In this document: positions 46,003-58,152 of the stretch, in pieces
Position numbering within the stretch: the first letter of the stretch is position 1
Layout: every line of letters begins with the position of its first letter
Assembly: GCA_048013815.1 (NCBI GenBank)
Contig: CM106586.1
Coordinates: 9,176,001-9,240,000 of the forward strand
Source of the DNA: Setoptus koraiensis
Taxonomy: Eukaryota; Animalia; Arthropoda
Direction of reading: 5' to 3'
DNA length: 64,000 nucleotides
Made by a program: the position numbers and the translations under genes
The notes under the pieces: generated by a model
The model's database searches: none
Seen by the model: the letters and a program-made list of their open reading frames with translations, nothing else
What the model was told of the DNA's origin: nothing

Positions 46003-47487
46003 CGTTGCTCACCTGGCGGCCACATTACACTGTCATTAGGCATTCTGCGCCATTGCATCACACTTGAGCCATGTTATTCAATGGAGTGTGTTCATGTCTC
46101 AAAAAAGTGTTAGCGTTATTTGAGGCAACGGTGGCCAAGTATATTTTTAGCTCGGCCAAGTTCGCCGGTGTCGCCTCTGATGCATTGGCCCGTACGACAA
46201 ATATGGCGCTTACATATCGATGATATGATATCACACATTGTGTGCACCGTCGCAGGATACAGTCGCCGTGGGGATGTTGCCTGCAGTGTCCGGTGGTGAC
46301 CGGATGCGCGCCATCGCGACAGGTGATATCCGCTGACTGGCCTCAGCGGATATTACCTGTCGTGCCGCCTTGTGTCGCTCTGCCTCGTGTCGCTCTGTCG
46401 CGGCACAGGCGAGCTCGCCAACTGCGCCAACTGTGCCGACTGTGCCAGCAACTGTGCCGTATGGAGCAAAAGGGTGCATCCGGTGGCTGCACCTGTCGCC
46501 GCCGCCGTCGTCGTTATTGCTGTTGTTGTTGCTGTTGCTGGCTGTCGTTGTTGCTGGCTGTTGTTGCTGGCTGTTGTTGTTGTTGAGCACGACGAATTGG
46601 CCGGCCGGCGGGCTCGATCGCTGCGCCGGCGCCAATCGCACGCCGGCCAACAACAAGCTCGATGCGGGCTCGCAAATTACTTTTACAAATTTACAAATAT
46701 CGTCTGTTATTGCCTCCATTATCGGCGCTTGTCGTCCATCTAGCCGCGCACTTGCGCACTGCCGGATAAATGATAAATAAATGATGGTGCCAGCCACCGG
46801 CAACTAGCGGACTCAGCAGACTCGACGGGCTCGCCGGACTCGACGGTCGCACTGGGCGAGCGAACCGAGCGAATATCTGGATATGCCAATGATGATAATT
46901 CGAGCTTTTATCGGCGGCAACAGCAACAACAGCGGCCGACCATTGGCCAGCAGGGCAACAACAATGGACTGCGAGCAACCATGAGGCTCATCTCCGACGC
47001 TCCGCCGCTCATATAACAAGCAATAAATAATGAAATTAGCGATAAGTCGACAGACTTTCACTTTATCTCCTCGTCGGCCATTACGCAATGGCCGGCATGC
47101 CGCGTTTGCTGTTGTTGGTGCTGTGGTTGCTGTTGTTGCTGTCGCTGTTGCCGTCGCTGTTTGCGGAACAGTTAAAGGGCAGTTTATTTGCAACAATTTA
47201 TCACATGCAATTTATCATTTACAAGCCCACTTTGCTCATTTTGTCGGTTTGTTGTTGCTGTTGTTGTTCTTTATTTATGGTGTGCGCTTATTTTTTATTG
47301 TTTGTACCACTTACATATTATTGTGCGTTCGTTTCCATGGCCGGTTAGCTCAACGACGACGCTGCGAGTATCTCGGCCGGGCACAATGTTTACCATGGCT
47401 CAGATCGTATCGCCATAGATCACGAGACGAGCACATTTCTCAATGGCAGCGACTGTTTGTATACTGTGAGCTCGTTTATGAACTCTT

Positions 47488-47600
47488 GTTGTCGCCGATG
47501 AGCAATAGTTGTTGCCGATGAGCAATAGTTGTTGCCGATGAGCAATAGTTGTCGCCGATGAGCAATAGTTGTCGCCGATGAGCAATAGTTGTCGCCGATG
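47488..47600. repeat. 20-bp tandem repeat (GCCGATGAGCAATAGTTGTY, ~5.5 copies)
   Basis: Read directly; contiguous units with no spacers. Confidence 0.9.
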
Positions 47601-49143
47601 ACAGCGCGCGCTCGGCATCGGCCACAACCATTGCCGCAATGGCATTGCATAACAGCTCATCGCATAATCGTTGCATAACCATCGCACAATCGTTGCGTAA
47701 CCATTCACCGCATAACCGCTCGGCTTGGATAGCCGCTCATTGCGACGCAACGCTGACTCAGGGGGCTCGAGTCAGCATCGGTTTGTCGCTTTTTTCGCTG
47801 CTAATCAGCGCTGCTAATTAGTGCTGCTCATCAGTGCTGCTCATCAGTGCTGCCAACTAGCGCTGCTGACTAGCGCTGCCGACTGGTGCCGCTGATCAGC
47901 TGTGGCAGCACTAATTAGCGGCAGCCAATCAGCCTGGCGGTCGCTCGCGGAAACTGAGCGAGCCACTTGTTGCAGGCTGCCCCCGTGGCTGTGAACTTGA
48001 TCAACGTATCAAAAGTTGAGCGTAGTATACGATGTAAATGTGTATCAATTTGCGCATACTGCACACACATTTGCTGGCATGCATGATGATGCAACAATGA
48101 TGCTCATGATGCTGTTACGCTGTCGCTATTGTGCAACGGCACTATTACGCAACAGCAGCAGCAACAACAACAACAATGTTGTTGTTGCATAATGATGTTG
48201 TTGCACAATGGCAACAGCACGCCAGCCCAAGTGCGCATTGTGTTGGCCTGTCGCTAATAACGTTGTAAGTCAATGTTGGTTTTGGCATGCGCTCATATGC
48301 ATACTACATGTAAGCTCAACAAGTGTTATGTTGATATATGCATGATGACCGGTTGCCGGCAGCCAACGGCTCGCCAAGGCTTAGCTGGCGAGCCAGCCAG
48401 AGCAAGGCGAAAGGGAAAGGGAAGTGAGCGAGCGAAGATTAATTGATATGATTGACAAACGAGATGCAAGCTGACAAGTTGGCGCCGTTGTCGTCGCTGC
48501 TTAGGAAGAGGAAACGGCCGCTGAGCCATTTTGCAGCCAGCAAAGCTCAGCGAGCAACTCGGTAATCATGGGCTAAGTATAAGTTTGCTAATCATACAAA
48601 AAAGGATTACCTTGCCATTTCTTATTGCGTAAACGGCGACCATCCATTCCAACAAGTTGGCGCGCACGCCATGTTGTTGCAATGTATACTATGCTGTACT
48701 ATAATATGCTGTATATGCTGCTGTAACGGGCCGGCCGGGCGCCATAAAAATGGCCAGACGAAAGTAGCGGTAAAAGCGGACATTGGTGGTCATTGTGTGC
48801 CACAACAACCACTCTATGCGCACTCTATGTCTACCTGTACCTGTTGTCACAGGTAGACTCAGATTCAGTGGCTGCAGTTGAGCAGCAAACCGTTGTGTTG
48901 GCCATGTTACGCAGGCCATGTTACCCAGGCCATATTACGTAAGCCGTGTTGTGTTGTGTTGTGTTGGCTGGCTGATAAAATGAATGGGACACCGCTGGCG
49001 AGCGCGTCCCGTTCATTTTGTCTTTTGTATTGTTGGCCGTCGAGCGTGAAGACACTGAAAGCCTGTCAGCGAAAGGCCCTGCTCATGCTCACCATTACGC
49101 AACATCCGTCGCGCTGCCGACTGGCCATTGATGGCTCAAATTG

Positions 49144-49233
49144 ATGAATACTGCCACGCATGAATACTGCCACGCATAAATACAGCCACGCATGGATACT
49201 GCCACGCATAAATACTGCCACGCATGAATACTG
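49144..49233. repeat. 16-bp tandem repeat (ATGAATACTGCCACGC, ~5.5 copies)
   Basis: Read directly. Confidence 0.9.
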
Positions 49234-52200
49234 AGCGCGCGAGCCGAGCATGAATAGTGCTCGCGCGCCGTATTATCCGGCAAGAGTGAAACTCTAATCC
49301 GACGGTCTCTGATGATCAGACTCTGATGATCAGACTGCGATCATCAGAGTCTGATGAGCCCCAAAACGCAAGACTCCGCGACAAGGGACTAGGTTGGTTG
49401 ACAAGTAACGAGAGTGAGCTGCGGCCGGGCGAGGGACAAATGTTGAGACTGAATGTTTAATTGACGGATTTAATTAGCCAGCGCGTCAACATTGTTGACG
49501 CGCTCAAACGCACCGCTCGCTGATTGAGCGACGCACTGTGACCGCCGGTCATTGTTGTGGCGCCATTAATATTTTATCCGCGCTTTTATTTTATCCGCGC
49601 TTTTATTTTGGCCGCACTCTTAGTTTGTGCGCGCTTTTATCTTATGGCTTTCGGCACACTTTCGCTGGGTGCGCGGCTCGCGCGCTTTTATCCGCATCGC
49701 ATCGCGTCTCGACGCGATGCGATGCGGACAAAGACGCTCGCTCGTCTCGGCGTTTCAAATATTTATTCGGCGCTGCTCGATTCGGTGTGCACAAGAACGG
49801 AGCGGAACAGGTTATAAATATCCAATAATTGTTCTCGGTTATATGGCTTAGATGTCTTAGATGTCTTAGATGACGCAACTTATACGGCCAAGCCGCAGTG
49901 GGCACAACACAGGTGAGCTGAGCCGAGCCATCTTGTAGCCTTTACAAGTTGTGGTGACTACACTTGTTGCGGCGACTACAAGTTGCGCCAACTACACTTG
50001 TTGTGCTGGCCAGTGTGTGGCGGCAGGTGAGTTGGGCGAGCAGCGTGTACCGAAAAGGTTCATTTGGTGGCGGCCGGGGGAATCAGGTATTTTTATTGTT
50101 GGCATGCATTGTGTTGTTGGCTGGCCGCCGATCGACAGGCTGCGGGCGTCATCCTATTTCGTCATAAGCGCTCTTATGTAATCTTATAATTAAGACGACA
50201 GACGCAGCAACAATGGTCGATATACTATTATTATTATTATTGCTATTATTTAGACAGCAGATTGGACTGACAGTTGATTGTTGTGACTCTCACTGATTGT
50301 GTGGCGAGTCGCGCACACAATCAGCGCGCCACCTCAACGAGTCACAATGAGCTCTGGCTTGTGTCTCGCAACTTGTGAGACAATCAAAATCAAAACTAAT
50401 CATTGTCTGCGCTCGATCGCTGCCGAGCTCGCACTGCCGTCGCCAGGTGAGACGCACTCTGGCGGCCGTCGCTGTCGCCGTTGCGGCTCTCGCGGTTGGG
50501 GCTGTTGCTGTTGCGGTTGTGGCGACTCTGGCGGCTCGGGCGGCCGTCGCGGCTCGGCCAGCAACAGGTTGCTGCAAAACGCTGTGGCATTGACGAGCAG
50601 GCGAGTGCGGCCCGGCGAGCCGTTCTTGCCGGCGAGCGATTCTCCCGCCGGCCCGTTGTGCCCGCCACTAGACGACAAACAACAGCAGACAACAATCATC
50701 TTTATTTTCCACATTATTGGTACGTTGCGTCTTTATTAGCCCACTGCGTGTGTTTGTTTTTGCCCGGCTGCTGGCGCATTTACCCGGCCGCTGGCGCATT
50801 TACCTGGCCGCTGCCGCATTCACCCGGCCGCTGGCGCATTTATCTGGAGCACGCAATCACAGCGGCCGGGCTCGGCGTGCCGCCATCGGTGGCCACTGTC
50901 GGCCGCCGTCCGCCATCAGCTGCTCGTTTGCGGCCGCTTGAGCGGGCCGCAGAGCTCGCCAATTGTGTCGAGCTCGCCGCGCAAAATTGCAGCCCGCTCG
51001 CCTACTCACTAATGGTCGTGCTCTTGGCGGGCCCTCGCACACAAAAGCTCGCTCTCGATGTTTGGTTGCAATCTCGAGAGCTCGCTCTCAAAAGCTCGCT
51101 CTCAAAACTTTGCTCTCAAAAGTTTGCTCAAAATTTCAAAAGTTTGCTCGCAATTTCGAGAGCTCGCCACTCTAAAATCGTCCAAACTCTCGCCGCAATG
51201 AGCGCAAAGTCATGAGGCGAGCGAGTCATGAGCTCGAGCAGATCCCGGCCGCTCTGCGACCGGATTTTGTTGAGACAAATCGCTGGCAAAAACGCCGCTG
51301 ATTACACACACGCTCGCTATTATTATTATTGCACATAGTAATGGTACACGGTGCGAGCCGCGAGATATCATTTTCAATTACGCAACACATTTATCATTCA
51401 TACTCGGCGAGCTGGCCCGACTGGCGGACGGGGGGACGGCAGCGCAAATTGAGATCTTACAATTGCGAATTGGCTCGGGTTGGCGCAGTAGCCAACAGCG
51501 GCTACTCATTGGAGCATGCATGCCGGCATGCGGGACTTTCGTTTATGCGAGCGCCAGCCTCTAAACCCTTGCAAGTGTTTATAAACAGAACAGAGTTTAT
51601 AAACGACACGAAGAGGCTTGCGAGAAACAAAAAGAAAAGTTTGCATAAATTATCACTAAAATTACATAATACTACTGTATTATGTAATTTTAGCAACAAC
51701 AAAAGACAATCTGCACACAAAAATCTGTGCCAGATCGTCTGTGCCGTCATGCAATCGGCAGCCACAGTGGGCACAGTTGGGCTCGTCGTTGGCCGACCGT
51801 CCAGTTGATTTATGCGAAAAGCGTTGTTGCGTAATGCAACCACGGTAGTCCAATGACGCCACTAGTGGCAGCCAGCGAGCGAGCGAGAGTCTGGCCAAAT
51901 TAGATCTGGGTTATATATGGGTGACGACAGGTGTGGAACAGAACAAAGCAGCCAGATGAAACAATGAGACAGGACAAAATAAAGCGACCAGACAAAATAA
52001 AGATAGATATTGGAGCTGAAGTGGTCAGCGGCGGCTCTGGCGCTGCATCAGCTGGCCACCGACAATGTCGCTGTTGGTGGCGCCTATTTGTCTCAATTTT
52101 GTGACAAGTCACTCGCATTCACTCGCATTGTAAACAAGCAATTTGTATTTTATGCGCCGCCAGATATTGTATTTATGCTTGCATTAAGCAAACAGAGGCG

Positions 52201-54426
52201 AGCATGTGACAGGTGACAGCCACAGCGAGCCAGACGGAGCCAAAGACAAAGAGCTAACGGTGTGATTGCGCAACCACGGTGATTGTTTTGGGATTTGAGC
52301 CATTTGTGTGTCAGTGTGCGCCACTGGTCTGGCCCACTGACGGACACTGCACGGATTATCATTATTATCATCTAGTGCATCGGACAATCGCCAGACGAGC
52401 CAGCGAGACAATGCGAGCATTGTGTCGTTGCTTGCACTCTCGGCAGCCACTCTCTCCCAACGGCAACAACAACAACGGCCGCGGCAACAGCAACGACAAC
52501 AACGACAACAACAACGCCAGCAAAGACAACGACGCCAACTGCGCCGGCAAGCGCACAAATCTGCATAATGATGATGATAATAACAGTAATAATGATCATG
52601 TGTCTCTCTCGCTCATTGTGATTTCCATTGTTCATAAGCATCACCACCGAATTACGTCAACATCGTCAGCGGTGGCGCCGCTCGGACCGTGCCCACCGCC
52701 GCCGTATCCATCCCTGCCCGCTGACCAGCTCGGCCAGCCCGGCCATCTCGAGCGTCTCGAGCGTCTTGACATAATCGCATTCGAAGGCGCTCTCCTTGTT
52801 TCAGGCGCTCGTTGTCTCGTTGTGGCGCATCTGCAGTGCGCCGTCTCGCCAAAATAGCTCGCATCTTGAGATCTTCAAAATAACTCTCGTTCGGGCAGCT
52901 CCCATCGAGCGGCCACTTTGCGCACACTCTCCTGTGTCTTAAACTGAATAATAATCGCCTCTCGTTACATAACAAGCGGCCATTATTACCATTGCGAGTC
53001 GAGTTGAGCCAAGCGAGTTATTCTTAGTTCTTTGTTTGGCCGGCTCGCTTGGAGATGGGCCAAAATGCGTTGGTCAAATGAGCGGCCAATTGACGGTGGT
53101 CCCCGGCCGATGCTCTCGTAGGCTCTCGTAGGCTCTCGTTGGCTCTCGTTGGCTCTCGGCGACACTTGGCGCAATATGCTCGCCGGCGCCATCCAAACAC
53201 GATAATAATACACGATAATCTGACGATACATACATGATGTAACACAGGTGAACGGAGACAATGCTGCAACAGGTGAGCCGCTCGCAAGCTCGACACTCAC
53301 ACACACACACACAAGTGGCTCGTCGCAATGCTCGTCGGCGTCGTCGGCGTCGTCGTAGACTTTCCAGAATAATCTATTACGTAATAAGCTATTATATTTT
53401 GCTTATTATATTTCTGTTGGCGGCACCGTCGGCCGCCAGCAGCCAGATGAAGCCGCTCGAAAACGTTGTGTCTGTGTGTGTGTGTCGGTGTAAACAGAAA
53501 CAACTGACAACCATTTACAAACACTTTTTTCACAGGAGGAGTGGCCACTTTCGTTTGCAGCCCGCTCACTGACGCAAGCCGCTCGCTCACCTGTCTGGCT
53601 GGCTACTGGCACTTGTTGCCAGCGTTTGTTGCTGTTGCGCTTTTCGATGTGCTCGGTGCGTTCATTTCGAAGCGTTCTTTCGTTGGCCGTGTTTACTTTT
53701 TCCTCTCTTTGGTCGCTTCTTTGGCGCCACTTTACTCGACACACACACACACACACTCCAATGGACTCGCCAACAGACATACAATCGGCATCTACAATAA
53801 ATCAGTGCGGTGCGACAATAATAACGGCCGACAATAATAACGGTTGCTCACAAGTCAGTTAAACATGTTGCAAACATGATGCAAAAAGTGCAACGACAAT
53901 AACAGTGCTCAACAACGGTGATCAAGTGTCAGCCAAAAGAAGACTGTATTATTGATATACTTTTATACTATATTTTTAATCAACTAACCAGCACACACAA
54001 CAATGCAATATCTGCCATACTGTGTCAACATAAATAGCAAAAGCCGTTTCATTATTTAAATCCAGTCCCACTTTCCTGTGTGTGCACTGCAAATACCTTA
54101 TGCAAATACCCAAACTGGCAACAACTAGCAACAATAAAAGCAACAACAACCTGTCTCTGACCACTTCCTGAGACACTGTTGGCCGTTATTCATTAGTATC
54201 CACTGTCTGCGGTGACTCTTCACACTTCAATAAACTGCCGAGACAGCACACACTCTGACACAATAGCAAAGTTGGACAGCAGTCACAGCTGTATGAAATA
54301 AACATATAGAAAATATAGTTATAATATTATATAATAACTAGCGAGAGAATCGCAACTTGAAAGCACCGGCATCACAAGTGGCAACGGTGGTCGCATAAGA
54401 GCGTGCACAACGAACCACTCACAACA

Positions 54427-54517
54427 ATAACTGTCCATGATAACTGTTAATAACAACTGTTGATGATAACTGTCAATAACAACTGTTAATAATAACTGTC
54501 AATAACAACCGTTAATA
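54427..54517. repeat. ~12-bp AT-rich tandem repeat (AACTGTYAATAA-like, ~7 copies) just upstream of the 54585 gene
   Basis: Read directly; degenerate units. Confidence 0.7.
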
Positions 54518-54584
54518 AGTGAATCGACAGGTAAATCGACGAGTCACACACACAATCTACATTTAGTCTGCATTCGCGTCAGTT

Positions 54585-56770
54585 ATGGCCGGCAATTGCG
54601 AGGGTGCCATTTTGCTGCAAAACTATCCGCTATATTCCATGTCGACAACATCGCGCCGCTACGAACGCGATAGAGGCCAAACAACGAGAGCCAATCAACA
54701 AAACAAGCGACTAGTTACCCGAAAAAGCACCGCAACAAATCGAATTGACACGACTCATGCTACTTGTGACAACTTGATCGTAACGTCAACAAAAATGTCG
54801 CAATGTTGCCACAACAGTGCACCAGACAAGCGCCAATTAAGCGCCGCAAGTGGACCAATCAATAGAGGCGTCACTCATCTTGCCACTTTGTCACCTATGC
54901 CATCAATCAAACTCACATCATCAAATTTTGTGTCGCAGTTACATGGTGCATTCAACAGCTTGCCAAACACCAAACAACCGTTGTTGACCAGCAACAGCAA
55001 CAACAGCAGCAACAGCATCAACAAAAGCGCCAAGCAACGCAACAACGTCAAGCGATTGCTCACCGTGCTGACCATCGCCTTTATATCACTGTCCAATGTT
55101 CATAATAATGGGGCCCGCATGATTCTCTGTGATAAAGTTTCTTCATATTCAAATGATAAACAAACAATTTCAACGGGGCCACTGTGGAACGAAGCACAAG
55201 CTGTTGCGTCATCAACATTTAAATCGCCAACAATTAAACAACAACCGATACAGCCCTATGATACTAATTTGAAACGCATGGGCATTGGGTACCCAACGAA
55301 CAAGGATGACAATAACAACGATGAGACATCTTTGAATGGTCGCACTTCTACGATTGGTGCAATTGGCAGCGGTCAACAATCAGCTCAGCAGCAGCACCAC
55401 CACCAAAAGGCCAGTTTGACTAATCAGCTGCTACTACTATTGGCTCATCCGTTCATCAATAACGATAATAAGCAGCAAATTTATTATCATCATCAGCAGC
55501 AGCACAATAGAAACGATAATGATGACAAATTGTTGCAAGATAGAAATTCCATCGTGGCAAACAACCAGCGAAACAATGACAACAATGGCGTGCACAGTTT
55601 TAATTCACATTTCTTGCCGGTCACAACTAGCCCTGTCACCGCCACCTTGATGGCGCCCAATTTATTCACTCCGGTCACACCACCGACATTTGCACAAACG
55701 GCAACCAGCGCAATAACGCCAGACCACACCAAATTGCCACCACCACCGAACAGCCAAACAAACAGAATGTTTCAAACCGACGCAGCCGATATTGAGGCAG
55801 CAAATCTTTTCGCCAACAATCAAGCCAATTTAGAGCAGTCAGATCTGGCAATGGCCATGTCAGAGTTGAGTCCCTCACTAGTCTTGTCAGATCAGAAAGA
55901 TCAAGCGTTCGATACAGACCTGGCCTCAAATTTGGTCAACTCAGCCATGTACGAGAAACAATTGCATCAGCATAACATGGCTTTGCCACTGCCAACTTTG
56001 TTGCAGCCAACTTTTCTCGATGGACACCAATTCACTTCCGGTGCCATCCACGACTCAAACTCGTGGCCGCCAATGATGGTGGCGGACAGAAACTCGGTTG
56101 GCTCCGCTTCGAACACAGCTGAGCACTTTGGTCACAGTTTGCTAGCTAATGCAGCAGCAGCAGCAGCAACGGACAATCAGCAGCAGCAAGGTTCGAGCAG
56201 AGTGGCCAGAAAATTGAGATCATTACATGACAAGAGTGTCCAATCGTCGAAACACGCCGGCCTCACGCCCAACAAGAATTCTGCAAAACCGCGCGGTATA
56301 ATGTGGGAAATGGCCACAGATACCTCCTTGGGAGTGACGCTGCTCCACATGATGGACAGAGCCTCGTTCGCTCTGCCATTGGGTAAGCAACAAATCTAAT
56401 TTTTTCAAATTCAATTATACCCTTTAACCTTTGCACCAGCCAATCGTGGTTACTTGGCACTAGAGAAGAAATAATAATTGTTGACACTGTTGATTGTTCT
56501 TTCAATTAATTTTTATTTAACATTTGATCTAAATGCTCAAACACAGGATTCTTTCTCATGCCAATCATACAAATGATGAAGAGTCCCTCTGGCGGTGCTG
56601 GGGGTGCCGCTAGTGGCGCTCTTAGCCTGGCACGTTTTCTACCCGCTCGCGCCAGCCATAGATCAGTGGATTATGAGGACCTGGTGAAACGTATTGACTA
56701 CGTGGACAAGTTGCTCAGCAAGGCACTAAGGCCATCTCACCGAAGTGCAGTGGTGGGCAGGAAAAGATGA
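54585..56770 (+). CDS. Uncharacterised N/Q-rich putative secreted or membrane protein; join(54585..56382, 56547..56770)
   Basis: Long ORF with hydrophobic LLTVLTIAFISL segment and RKLR site. A phase-1 intron GTAAGC...ACAG (164 nt) joins ...ASFALPL-G-FFLMPIIQMMK... in frame. Start codon uncertain. Confidence 0.78.
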
Positions 56771-58152
56771 ACAAGTTTTGCAAATAACAACAATAGTCAA
56801 AGGGTCTAGGTCCGTCAGAAACAGGAGCAATCGTTATAGCAAATAACATCACGTTAAGATACAATTAACTAGAGAGCGCTCTCTGGTTTGAATCATTGTA
56901 AATTGATATGAGAGTAGAATCACAGAAAAAGATAATTGCAACAAGTTGCTCGGGTGTTTGGGTAATTGCATGCGTGCGTGTGTGTGTATTCATTTGTTGT
57001 TACCTTATCTCATCATGTAGTCATGTATAATGGTTCCTTGAATGGAATAGGAATCATTCGAAATTGTATAAAACACAAACCAAAAATAAAGTGTCAATCA
57101 AAAGACTTACTTTCCCGTATAACATACCTACAAGAGCCCCATTGCCATTTCCGGTGCATCGTTTATCCCAGCTCATTCAGTAAAGTTACTTACCTTTTAT
57201 ATGATACCTTCTACAGCAACACCCCTACACAACTGACAACAATTGTCAATTGGGGATGACAAGCTCTTGATAGAGAGCGTACTTTTGAGAGAAAGACTTC
57301 GCCAAGGCCATTGGGACTAAACAGACATACCTCAGATAAATAAAATCATATACAACTTGTATATAGTACAAAAACTTTGCCTCAATTAGGACCAACAGCA
57401 ATGTTGTTCAGTGAGGATAAAACCAAATGTGGAAAATTTGACTTTTGTGTAGCTCTACTACAGATAGAAAACATTTGTTAAGTTGTGTATGAGTTGAGAA
57501 TTATTATATATACATATATATATAGAAAGATACACATGTTCAGTATTTAGTATATGAAGATTAGAAGATAGATTATATTAAATCATTCAAATTCTAGTCT
57601 TCAAGATGTGAATTGTTTTCTCTTTTGTTTGTATAAAGATCTAAAAATTTGTTAAATGAAGTAAAATATGTTTTTGCTAATAATGAATCGCTATTAAAGG
57701 TTTAAGTTATTATATCTCTAGAGCATTGCGTTTGGTTTAAGTTTAGGGCTTTGGTTGGTATCAGTAGCAGTTGAGTTTTGGTTGATTTGTTTTCCTGTTC
57801 CTCTAGGTGCTTACTTAAAGGACACAATAAGATTGGCCTAAGAGAGATATCTGTGTTTAACTGAATATATAAATAGTTAGTGGTCTTTAACTAAAGTTGG
57901 AAAACTATTGTAGTACTCGACCCATAAAAGTTTTAGCCTATTATCAAACAACAATTAGTTCTCATAACATGTCGAATTCGACATCATTTGGCTAGTTAGT
58001 TAATTATATATACATTAAGTTGATGAGTTTTATTATATATAATCATCGATTTATGTTGCCTCTCAATATCTGAAAGAAGAGCAGCTAGGTAGATGCCTTA
58101 CCCGATGATCTGCGTTGCAAATGAAAAAAACAAGTAAGCTGATAAAAATCTG

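Noticed and set aside
47488-49233. Regular 16-20-bp repeats as possible CRISPR arrays
   Set aside because: Contiguous units without unique spacers, no cas genes, and eukaryotic context.
33000-54500. Apparent abundance of CAGGTG/CAGGTA motifs across non-coding DNA
   Set aside because: My rough count is close to chance expectation (~20 for a degenerate 6-mer on both strands over 20 kb); a formal enrichment test is needed.
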